Source: Gaiellales bacterium (lineage in GTDB: Bacteria; Actinomycetota; Thermoleophilia; Gaiellales; F1-60-MAGs149). From it: a stretch of DNA of 64,000 nt. A program made the position numbers and the translations under genes. The stretch is taken from assembly GCA_964203045.1 (NCBI GenBank), contig CAXNKU010000002.1:131855-195854 (forward strand). Direction: 5' to 3'. The notes under the pieces are model-generated. The model worked only from the letters and a program-made list of their open reading frames with translations. It did not search any database and had not been told where the DNA came from. Positions 19,415 through 27,774 of the stretch are shown here, one piece after another; position 1 is the first letter of the stretch, and every line of letters begins with the position of its first letter.

Positions 19415-19683
19415 ATTAGATAGAGCAGCCAGTCAACGTCCTGAAGTCTAGCAACCCCTCGAGACCCTGTATATGGCTTAGCGACACCGCAGCCGGAAGC
19501 TGCGCCACGAGCGCACACTAAATCTCGACGCGAGGCGCCCATCGTGACGACGCCATATCGACATGATGGATCGCGCCGAGAGCTGCTGAACCAGCAGGTG
19601 TCTCTCTGCCTCGCTTAGGTCGGGTGCGAAGCGCGCGCAAGCCCGCCGCCTGCCATATTTACGGGACTAGGGAAGGACCTCAC

Positions 19684-21129
19684 GTGTTCGTCAATCGCAC
19701 TCCACGCTTTGAACCACTTTCGGAAGACGCGCTCGACACCATCGACCGCGGCTGGAAGCGCCTTGTCTCCGAGCTTGGCATCACGTTTATGCACGAGCCA
19801 TCGCTCGAGCTGTTCAAGCGCGAGGGGCAACGGGTTGAGGGCGAAGTCGTCTTCTTCGATCCGGATTGGCTGCTGGAGCGCATCAAGACGACGCCAACCG
19901 AGTTCACCCTGCTGTCGCGCAACCCCGAGAAGAACGTCCAGTTCGGCAAGGACAACATGGTCTTCTGTACCGGCCAGTCGATGCCGTTCGTTGACGACGG
20001 CGTAACGCCACGTCGCGATGGCACGCTCGCCGACGCCGTCAAGTTGCTGCGCGCTGCCCAGATGACGCCCGAGATCGATACCCCGGGCTACCCGATCATC
20101 GAGTGCAATGACAAGCCGCTCGACTCGCGCCACCTCGACCTGCAGCTCGCCATGTACGAGAACACCGACCTCGCGGTTGGCGCCGCACAGATCCACGTCA
20201 ACGGCGTGATCGACTCGATCGCGATGGCCCAGCTCGCGCTTGGCGGCTTCGACGTGCTCGAAGAGAACCCCGGCGTCTTCGGCACGATCAACGCCAACTC
20301 GCCACTCGTCTTCGATACGCGCATGCTCGAGTCGCTCTGGTTGTTGGCCGAGCGCAATCAGATCGTCAACATCACGCCTTTCATCCTGATGGGTGCAATG
20401 GGTCCCGTCTCGCTGCCGGCCGCCCTCGCTCAGCAGACCGCCGAGTCGCTGGCGGGCATCGCGCTCGTGCAGGCGATCCGCCCTGGCTGCCCCGCGATTA
20501 TGGGTTCCTTCGTTTCGAACACGGATATGAAGTCCGGCTCGCCTGGCTTCGGTGGTCCCGAGGCCGCCTTGGGCATCCTCGCCACGGGCCAGATCGCACG
20601 CCGACACAACGTCCTCTGGCGCGCAGGCGGTGGCGGCCTCAACGCGAGCCCCGCCGTCGATGGCCAGTCGGCCTTCGAATCGCTCAACACGATGCTGCCG
20701 TCGTTCCTCGCTGGTGCCAACCTCCAGTTGCATTGCACCGGCTGGCTTGAGGGTGGGCTCGTCCACTCCTTCGCGAAGGTCGCGATGGACACGGAGATGC
20801 TGCGCCAGATGATCGCGCAGTTTACCCCCGTCGAATTTAGCGACGACACGCTCGCCTTTGGTGCCCACGAGGAAGTCGGTCACGGCGGCCACTTCTTCGG
20901 TGCCGCTCATACCCTCGAGCGGTTCCGCGACTGCTTCTATCGCCCCGAAGTCTGGACGACCGACAACTACTCGGCCTGGACGAAAAAGGAGCGACCCGAC
21001 GCAACGAAGCGCGCGCTCGCCAAGTGGGACGAGCTGCAGGAATCGTGGGAGGCGCCGGCCCTCGACCCCGATCTGCATGCCGAGTTGAAGGCCTACACCG
21101 ATCGTCGTCGCATCGAACTGGGTGACTAG
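19684..21129 (+). CDS. MttB-superfamily (trimethylamine methyltransferase-like, non-pyrrolysine) methyltransferase
   Basis: About 480 aa with length and sequence blocks typical of MttB/MtgB-type proteins, and no in-frame TAG. Start proposed at GTG 19684, 7 nt after GGAAGGA. The ORF is open from 19624. Confidence 0.75.
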   Translation: MFVNRTPRFEPLSEDALDTIDRGWKRLVSELGITFMHEPSLELFKREGQRVEGEVVFFDPDWLLERIKTTPTEFTLLSRNPEKNVQFGKDNMVFCTGQSMPFVDDGVTPRRDGTLADAVKLLRAAQMTPEIDTPGYPIIECNDKPLDSRHLDLQLAMYENTDLAVGAAQIHVNGVIDSIAMAQLALGGFDVLEENPGVFGTINANSPLVFDTRMLESLWLLAERNQIVNITPFILMGAMGPVSLPAALAQQTAESLAGIALVQAIRPGCPAIMGSFVSNTDMKSGSPGFGGPEAALGILATGQIARRHNVLWRAGGGGLNASPAVDGQSAFESLNTMLPSFLAGANLQLHCTGWLEGGLVHSFAKVAMDTEMLRQMIAQFTPVEFSDDTLAFGAHEEVGHGGHFFGAAHTLERFRDCFYRPEVWTTDNYSAWTKKERPDATKRALAKWDELQESWEAPALDPDLHAELKAYTDRRRIELGD

Positions 21130-21138
21130 GTTGACCCA

Positions 21139-21963
21139 GTGACAGTCCTATTCGGACTGTCGGCAGCGTTCTCGTGGGCGTTCGCGAGCGTCTTCGTCCA
21201 AAAGTCGTCCCGACTCGTGGATCTCCGCTTGATGCTCGTCGTGATCGTGCTTCGGATCAGTTCGTGCGAGGTCGTCCCGGTTGCGTTGATCGTCGATGGA
21301 TTACAGGGTCCGTTCAACATTCAGGCGTTGGCTATCCCCGCCCTGGCCGGCATCGCAGGCAACGTTGGCTTCCTACTGATGGTGAAGGCGATGAAGGTCG
21401 GCAGCATCAGCGTCGTGGCGCCGATCATCGCAATCGAGGGTGGACTCGCGGCAGCCGTCGCGGTCGTGCTTGGAGAGCGCCCCTCGCCCGCGACAATCGC
21501 ATTACTCGCGCTTGCCGCCGTTGGTGCCGTGCTCGTCTCAATCGAACCAGGGCGACGGACCGCGAAGGGTGCCGGTTGGGCAGTGCTCGCAGCCTTCGTC
21601 TACGCAGTCATGCTCGTGGCCATGGGGCACACGGAGCAACCGGCAATGACCTCGGCCGGGATCGCGCGCGTCGCGAGCCTCCTGACGGCGATTCCCTTGA
21701 TTCTGTTGGTGCGTCAACTGCCGCCACGCCCGGCCATCAAACCGCTGCTCGCCGCTGGCACGCTCGACGCGGTTGGCTTCGGAGCCTTCGCCATCGCCGC
21801 CTCGCTTGGGCCGTTGACTGTGGCCTCCGTCACGTCGGCCCAATGGGCCTCGGCAGCAGCACTGATCGGCATCTTCTTTCTACGCGAGCGATTGCACATC
21901 AACCAATACGTTGGGATCGCCGTCACGATGCTCGCGGTCACGGGTCTTGGATTGCTGATCTAG
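21139..21963 (+). CDS. EamA/DMT-family transporter
   Basis: 274 aa, polytopic, with two EamA halves. GTG start 9 nt after the MttB-family stop. Confidence 0.75.
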   Translation: MTVLFGLSAAFSWAFASVFVQKSSRLVDLRLMLVVIVLRISSCEVVPVALIVDGLQGPFNIQALAIPALAGIAGNVGFLLMVKAMKVGSISVVAPIIAIEGGLAAAVAVVLGERPSPATIALLALAAVGAVLVSIEPGRRTAKGAGWAVLAAFVYAVMLVAMGHTEQPAMTSAGIARVASLLTAIPLILLVRQLPPRPAIKPLLAAGTLDAVGFGAFAIAASLGPLTVASVTSAQWASAAALIGIFFLRERLHINQYVGIAVTMLAVTGLGLLI

Positions 21964-21964
21964 C

Positions 21965-22790
21965 GTGACCGTCCTCTTCGGACTTGTAACTGCGTTCGCC
22001 TGGGCGTTTGCAAACGTCTTCACCCAGCAGGTCACCCGCACCAAGACCAAGCCGGCGGTGATCATGTTCTGGGTGCTGATCGTCGACGACGGCTGCGGTG
22101 TTACCGCTCGCCCTGATCGTCGACCACCTCGAGGGGCCCTGGACGATCGAGGGGCTCGCGTGGCCTGTCGCCGCCGGTGTGCTCGCTGATGTTGGGTTCT
22201 TTCTGCTCCTGCGCGCCTTACGCAAGGGCAGCCTGAGCGTGATCGCCCCCATCATCGCGTTAGAAGGCGGCGTCGCGACGATCTTCTCGATCGCACTCGG
22301 CGAGCGCCCATCCATGCTGATGTACGCGTTGATTGTCGTGGCGGTGATCGGTGCTGTGCTCGTCGCGTTGGAGCCGGGGCGCCGCACTGCAGCCGGTGCC
22401 CCTGAAGCGATCCTGGCGGCTGTTGCCTATGCCGGCGTCCTGATCGCTCTCGGCCAATCCGAGTTGCCCGACCTGACGACGGTTGGCATCACCCGAGCAA
22501 CGAGCGTGCTCATCATTTTGCCGGCCTTCCTGCTCGTTCGCCAGTTACCGAACCGTGCCAATTTCTATCCGATTCTCTGGTGCGGATTGCTCGACGCTGT
22601 TGGCTTCGTCTGCTTCGCCTTCGCCGCCTCGATTGGTCCGCTATCGGTCGCGTCGGTCACCGCTACCCAATGGGGTACCGCCGCCGCGCTGATTGGGATT
22701 ATCGGCATGCGCGAACGACTCTTCGTCAACCAGTACATCGGTATTGCGGTGACGCTGATTGCGGTGACGGGGTTAGGACTCGCCAGCTAG
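21965..22790 (+). pseudogene. EamA/DMT-family transporter, tandem paralog of 21139..21963, frameshifted near 22094-22098
   Basis: The first 45 aa (MTVLFGLVTAFAWAFANVF...) parallel the upstream paralog in frame 21965. The remainder (VLPLALIVDHLEGPW...) continues in the frame of ORF 22098..22790. Confidence 0.7.
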
Positions 22791-23539
22791 GTACGGCGTT
22801 GCAACGCCGCGACCGATGCGGTCGAGAGCGGCTCACGCGTGATGCCGGTCGTGCCGCCACGTGTGGCGTAGGCCGTAATCCGACCAGTGCGTTCGCCATG
22901 GTGGGCGAGCAGTTGGTGCCGTCGAATGTCGTGGATCAAGAAGTCGGCGGCCGCCTCGAGAGCGTCGATCACAACGACCGTGCCAGCCTCTGCGCGCACG
23001 GCCTCGGTATCGGCGTAGGCACTAGGCGTCAACAGTAAGAGCACTGCCACCTCTGGTGCATGGCCGCGCAGGCGAGTCAGCAGTTCGGCGACGGTATCCT
23101 CACCGCGCTCGATCAGCGTGACGCTGCCACCTCCCCGCAGGGTGCGGATCGTCTTGGCAAGCACCATCGGCTTGACCTCGGCCGACGAAAAGACTGCGAC
23201 GACGGGACGCCCCTGGGCTTCGGCGAGCGCGGCGCGCAGGCCACACTCGAGGCCGCGCAGAACAATGCCCTCCGTCTCGGGACGTGCCTCGAACGAGGCA
23301 AAGCCACTCGCGAGGAGCAACGCCTTGGCGCCCTCATCGAGCAGCCCCACTGCGAGGTCCTGGACGCGTTGCACGATCTGATCGGGCCGCCGCTTGGCGT
23401 AGGGTGCGAAGGCCTGATCGGCGACAACCACCAGATCCTCTTTCGGCAACTGAGCACGCAGGAGCTCGGCTCCACGCACCCCTTCCCAGCCCTCTGCGAC
23501 GACTCCGATTGGACCAGCCGGGTCGGCGCTCCAGGTCAC
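22787..23539 (-). CDS. glutamate-racemase (MurI)-like protein lacking both catalytic cysteines
   Basis: 250 aa that aligns by eye with MurI over the N-terminal half (PIGVVAEG...LPKEDLVVVAD...PY......I......L...GAKALLLA). The ACN(S/T)AS motif is ASGFAS, and LGCTHYP is LLTPSAY. Confidence 0.6.
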   Translation of the reverse strand: MTWSADPAGPIGVVAEGWEGVRGAELLRAQLPKEDLVVVADQAFAPYAKRRPDQIVQRVQDLAVGLLDEGAKALLLASGFASFEARPETEGIVLRGLECGLRAALAEAQGRPVVAVFSSAEVKPMVLAKTIRTLRGGGSVTLIERGEDTVAELLTRLRGHAPEVAVLLLLTPSAYADTEAVRAEAGTVVVIDALEAAADFLIHDIRRHQLLAHHGERTGRITAYATRGGTTGITREPLSTASVAALQRRT

Positions 23540-24702
23540 GACCGTGGTCGCTTTTTCTCCGAGTCGTAGATCGGGTATGCGTCGGTCGTAGCCTCAGCGA
23601 GACTCCCGTCGGGGAGCGCCACCTGCACACGAGTACCTGCCGCGACGAGGTCTGCCTCGATACACGCCATGCCAATCAAGAGATCGACACTCGGCGAACT
23701 CCCCGCGGACGGCGACAGCAGCGTGCCGACGTTACGCCCATCCACGAAAACCTCAGCACCGTAGTCCGGAGCATCTTCGCCCGCAACGACCAGCGTAGTG
23801 AGGCGATGCGTAACGCCACCAGCCAACTCGTTGACGAGCGCCTGCTTACCAACAAAGTCGCCCGTGTCCAGACTGATCGTCCGATCCAAATTCATATGGA
23901 ACGGCGAGGTCTCGCCCACGAAATAGTCGTAGCCAATGAAGATCAAACCCGACTCGATGCGCAGCGACTCGACAGCAGCAAGACCGTACGGGAGGACGCC
24001 ATGCGATGCGCCCTCTGCCAGCAATGCCTCCCACAACACCTCAGCACTGGCCTTCGGGACATAGATCTCATAGCCGAGCTCGCCCGAATAGCCGGTGCGC
24101 GCCAGGTAGCAGCCATCGATGCCAGCAACCGTGATCGACTCGGTCGTGAAGCGGAAGTACTTCAGCGAGTCGACATCAAAGTCGGTCAGCGCATTGACGA
24201 GATCGCGCGACTTCGGCCCCTGCACCTGCACATGCGGCCACTGCTCCGTCCGGTCGAGCACCTCAACATCAAAACCCTGCTGCTTCGAGACGCGGCGAAA
24301 ATGATCGACATCGCTAGGCAGCGCGGTGACAACGAGGATGCCGGCACCAGCGTCATCGCCGGTGTTAAAGACAACGCCATCGCCGAGCATCCGACCATTC
24401 TCGTCAAGGAAGCACGAATAGCGCGCCTGACCAACCGCCAACGCGGACATGTCATTGGCAAAGCAGTAATCGACAGCCTTGGTCGCATCGTTACCGCGAA
24501 AAATCCACTTCTGAAGCGGCGACTCGTCCCAGATGGCAACCGCAGTACGAACCGCGTGATGCTCGGCAAGCGGATCACCGAAGTCCGAGATCCAGTCCCA
24601 GCCCTCCCATTCTGCAAAATTGCCACCCTGGCGACGCTGAATCGCGTCAAATGCCGTCAAGCGAAGGCCCTCAGAGCCTGCTGCGTCTGTCTGCTCGGTC
24701 AT
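23536..24702 (-). CDS. GcvT-like aminomethyltransferase-family (folate-binding) protein
   Basis: 388 aa from the internal ATG (MTEQTD...). It contains ARTGYSGELGYEIY, the hallmark GcvT block. ATGA overlap with the upstream gene. Confidence 0.8.
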   Translation of the reverse strand: MTEQTDAAGSEGLRLTAFDAIQRRQGGNFAEWEGWDWISDFGDPLAEHHAVRTAVAIWDESPLQKWIFRGNDATKAVDYCFANDMSALAVGQARYSCFLDENGRMLGDGVVFNTGDDAGAGILVVTALPSDVDHFRRVSKQQGFDVEVLDRTEQWPHVQVQGPKSRDLVNALTDFDVDSLKYFRFTTESITVAGIDGCYLARTGYSGELGYEIYVPKASAEVLWEALLAEGASHGVLPYGLAAVESLRIESGLIFIGYDYFVGETSPFHMNLDRTISLDTGDFVGKQALVNELAGGVTHRLTTLVVAGEDAPDYGAEVFVDGRNVGTLLSPSAGSSPSVDLLIGMACIEADLVAAGTRVQVALPDGSLAEATTDAYPIYDSEKKRPRS

Positions 24703-26696
24703 GATCGCGGCCTCTTCTTCTCGGGGTCGTAAATTGGGAACGTGTCGGTGTAGGCCGGCACGAGACGACCGTCCGGCAACGCCACCTCGACGCGGTTGCC
24801 CGGCTCGGCCAAATCCGCTTCGAGGCATGCGATGCCGATCAGACGATCAATGCTTGGCGAGCGACCATCCGACGGCGACAGCAGCTTGCCCACACCACGA
24901 CCATTGACGAATACATCAGCGCCATAATCCGGCGCCTCGTTGCCCGCCACCACGAGGGTCGTCAGGCGATGTGTGATGCCACCAGCCAACTCGTTGACGA
25001 GCGCCTGCTTGCCTTCGAAGTCGCCCGTCTCCAAATTGATCGTGCGCTCTAAGTTCATGTGGAACGGCGACGTCAGACCTGGGAAGTAGTCGTAGCCGAT
25101 GAAGATCAGGCCCGACTCGATGCGCAACGACTCGACAGCCGCGAGGCCGTACTGGCGAATACCAAGCGAAGCGCCATGGTCGAGCAGCGCCTGCCAGAGC
25201 GCCTCGGCGGCACCCTTCGGCACGTAGATCTCGTAACCGAGCTCGCCCGAGTAGCCCGTGCGGGCCAGATAGCAGCCATCGATGCCGGCGATCGTGATCG
25301 GCTCGGCGGTAAAGCGGAAGTACTTGAGGCTCGACACATCGAAGTCGGTCATCGAATCGACCAGATCGCGCGCCTTGGGACCCTGCACCTGAATGTGCGG
25401 CCACTCCTCGGTGCGATCAAGCACTTCAACGTCAAAGCCCTGCTGCTTCGAGACGCGGCGGAACTGGTCGACATCGCTCGGCAGTGCCGTTACGACGAGA
25501 ATGCCCGCCTTTTCGGGATCGCCCGTATTGAAAGCGACACCGTCACCGAGCATCCGGCCGTGCTCGTCGAGGAAGCAGGAGTAGCGTGCCTGACCAACCT
25601 GCATCGAAGCCATGTCATTGGCAAAGCAGTAGTCGACAGCCTTGACTGCGTCGGGGCCACGGAAGATCCACTTTTGCAGCGGCGACTCGTCCCAGATACC
25701 AACGGTCTCGCGAACAGCGTGATGCTCGTTGAGTGGATCGCCGAAGTCGGAAATCCACGACCAGCCCTCCCACTCCGCGAAGTTGCCTCCGTAGCGACGC
25801 AAGATGCCGTCGAACGCCGTCTTACGAAGGCCCTCAGTCGATGGCAGAGGTGCGGGAGGCTCAACGACGGTGATGCCAGCGGCGTCAACGGGAGGCGAAC
25901 TCTCCTGGTCGGCTGCGGCAATCGGGCTGTCAACGGGGATGATCACGATCGGTGCCTGTCGCAGGTCGGCAGGCTGGTGGCCAGGCGGCAATACCTCAGA
26001 GACACCAAGTAGCGCACGCGCCGCAGCGGCGTTCGGAAGCGTGCGGTATTCCTCGAGGCAGCGCATCGGCTCTTGATCGAGGTTGCGGCGGATGCGGCGA
26101 TAGCGCGCCTGCGCACCGGCGCCGATACCCGGCGTCGAGAAGATCGCCTGCTCGACGTACGACTCGATCACCTTGTTGCCAAGCAATGCGACGTCGGCCT
26201 CGCGCGCCTTGCCCGTCAACGGGTTGTAGAGCACGATGCACTTGACGGTGTCGAGAAACGAGTTCCACGTCGACAACACGACCGGTCCACGCACGCGAAT
26301 GCCCGTCTCGGGAATCGCCAGATGCGTGATACGACGATCGTTGATCGTGTGGATCAGCGACTCGGCCGTGGGCGACATGATGCTGACGAACTTGTGCATC
26401 GGCCAGACGTCGAGCTGGTTCCAATCGCCGGGCTCGCAATCGACACCAATCATGTAGGTGTCGGCGTAGCGGAAGAAGTTCGACGTGCCGCGCGTCTCGC
26501 GCAGATGGTCGTAGAACAGCGTGTTCGTGCCACCAATCAGATTCGAGCACCCAACCGCATCCATCGGAGTTCCCATCAGCACACAGAAGCGATCACCGTT
26601 CTTGTAACCACCGGGCCAGAGGCTCGCAAGTGGAGCGGACGCGCCATCACGAACGACAGCGAAATCCTCGGAGTTGAGGGCGTAGGAGGAATGCAT
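24699..26696 (-). CDS. fusion protein: unassigned N-terminal domain (about 285 aa) + Pro-rich linker + GcvT-like aminomethyltransferase domain
   Basis: Single 665-aa ORF. The C-terminal 375 aa or so are highly similar to the downstream paralog (same ARTGYSGELGYEIY block, same ...PIYD.EKKRPRS end). I could not assign the N-terminal part to any family. Confidence 0.7.
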   Translation of the reverse strand: MHSSYALNSEDFAVVRDGASAPLASLWPGGYKNGDRFCVLMGTPMDAVGCSNLIGGTNTLFYDHLRETRGTSNFFRYADTYMIGVDCEPGDWNQLDVWPMHKFVSIMSPTAESLIHTINDRRITHLAIPETGIRVRGPVVLSTWNSFLDTVKCIVLYNPLTGKAREADVALLGNKVIESYVEQAIFSTPGIGAGAQARYRRIRRNLDQEPMRCLEEYRTLPNAAAARALLGVSEVLPPGHQPADLRQAPIVIIPVDSPIAAADQESSPPVDAAGITVVEPPAPLPSTEGLRKTAFDGILRRYGGNFAEWEGWSWISDFGDPLNEHHAVRETVGIWDESPLQKWIFRGPDAVKAVDYCFANDMASMQVGQARYSCFLDEHGRMLGDGVAFNTGDPEKAGILVVTALPSDVDQFRRVSKQQGFDVEVLDRTEEWPHIQVQGPKARDLVDSMTDFDVSSLKYFRFTAEPITIAGIDGCYLARTGYSGELGYEIYVPKGAAEALWQALLDHGASLGIRQYGLAAVESLRIESGLIFIGYDYFPGLTSPFHMNLERTINLETGDFEGKQALVNELAGGITHRLTTLVVAGNEAPDYGADVFVNGRGVGKLLSPSDGRSPSIDRLIGIACLEADLAEPGNRVEVALPDGRLVPAYTDTFPIYDPEKKRPRS

Positions 26697-26739
26697 GGAG
26701 AGATCCTAATCGTTCGCGGCGGGTCGGGGGAATGTCCGA

Positions 26740-27390
26740 CTAGTTCATACGCGCAGAGACGCGCTTGTGATCAAACTCCATGACCCGGCGATCGCGCTCG
26801 TCTAACGGCAGATCAAGGCGCATTCTGGCAGCAATCAGCGTCCGCCCAACATCGCCCCGACGCTCATACGAGCCAACGAGGTTCGAGAGGATGCGGAGGG
26901 CGGTCTGGTGCGTCGAGGTCGATTCGACAGTCACGCCAGTGGGAATATCGGGCATGCGCACGCCACTCTTGAACGGGTCAATCAGGATCGGATCGCCTTC
27001 GCCAAAGTACGCAGCCACGAAATGACCCGGCAGGCCAACTCCACGCAGGGGTAGGCCGAGCCGTCGCCCCACCTCAATCCAGACGACGCTGAGCAGGATC
27101 GGCAGCCCCCGGTGTCGCTGCAGGACGAGGTCCAGCATCGAGTTGTTGGGATGGTCGTACTCCTCGACGTCACCTGCAAAGCCCTCGTGTCGCCCGAGCA
27201 CGGCCGCCAGCGCGTCGAGCTGTTCGTAGGGCGTCTCTCCCAAGCCATGACGCACGACCTCGCCGGCCAACCGGTCGAGCTCGGCGAGCGCGGCCTCGCT
27301 GTCGACCTCGCGTAGCTCACTGGCAATCGCAAGCGCCAGCACGTCGAGGGTTGGCGCGTCAGTGCGCGCGAGTTGAGCGAATTGATCCAT
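26740..27390 (-). CDS. SirB1/transglutaminase-like (UPF0162) family protein
   Basis: 216 aa from the internal ATG (MDQFAQL...). The block GLPILLSVVWIEVGRRLGLPLRGVGLPGHFV is typical of the family. It lies 43 nt upstream of the fusion gene on the same strand. Confidence 0.7.
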   Translation of the reverse strand: MDQFAQLARTDAPTLDVLALAIASELREVDSEAALAELDRLAGEVVRHGLGETPYEQLDALAAVLGRHEGFAGDVEEYDHPNNSMLDLVLQRHRGLPILLSVVWIEVGRRLGLPLRGVGLPGHFVAAYFGEGDPILIDPFKSGVRMPDIPTGVTVESTSTHQTALRILSNLVGSYERRGDVGRTLIAARMRLDLPLDERDRRVMEFDHKRVSARMN

Positions 27391-27478
27391 CACGGGTATC
27401 TTTGCGTGTTTCTCGTACGCAGGATTGGTGCAAAGCCATATTGGGGATTTGCGCCAGCTTGGCAATCCACTTCGATTT

Positions 27479-27508
27479 GGACATGATGGGCCCGGGCCCA
27501 TCATGTCC
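27479..27508. repeat. family-2 perfect palindrome (30 bp)
   Basis: GGACATGATGGGCCCGGGCCCATCATGTCC, repeated at 27669-27704. A related copy lies at 30209-30254. Confidence 0.95.
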
Positions 27509-27668
27509 GGCCTGCTCTGTGACGGCATTGCGCGCGCTGTGTGCACCTTCGTGCGCTCCACGCGCAGACTCCACCTCCATCACGCGCGTTACGCAGCACA
27601 GTCGGCCCGTTTGCTGCGCGAGTGTCCGAGCTGTGAGCCGCAGTGCAGTGCGCAAGGTGTCACAGGTG

Positions 27669-27704
27669 GCCGGACATGATGGGCCCGGGCCCATCATGTC
27701 CGGC
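27669..27704. repeat. family-2 perfect palindrome (36 bp)
   Basis: GCCGGACATGATGGGCCCGGGCCCATCATGTCCGGC. Confidence 0.95.
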
Positions 27705-27774
27705 GTGCCTGAGAGTCGATGTCGAATTGTGGTGCGAGATGCGTGCGACCTTCATCCAGCACTCACGATTACCG

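Noticed and set aside
19415-19620. Looked for a c-di-AMP (ydaO/kimA-type) riboswitch in the roughly 200-nt leader of kup.
   Set aside because: The reverse-complement leader lacks the paired GGGGA…CCCGA-type conserved blocks. Only a short CTGCTG/CAGCAG hairpin is present.
27359-27697. ORFs of 84-155 aa crossing the family-2 palindromes (translations containing MMGPGPS / HDGPGPIMS on both strands).
   Set aside because: The shared peptide arises on both strands only because the DNA is a perfect palindrome. There is no family similarity and no plausible start context.
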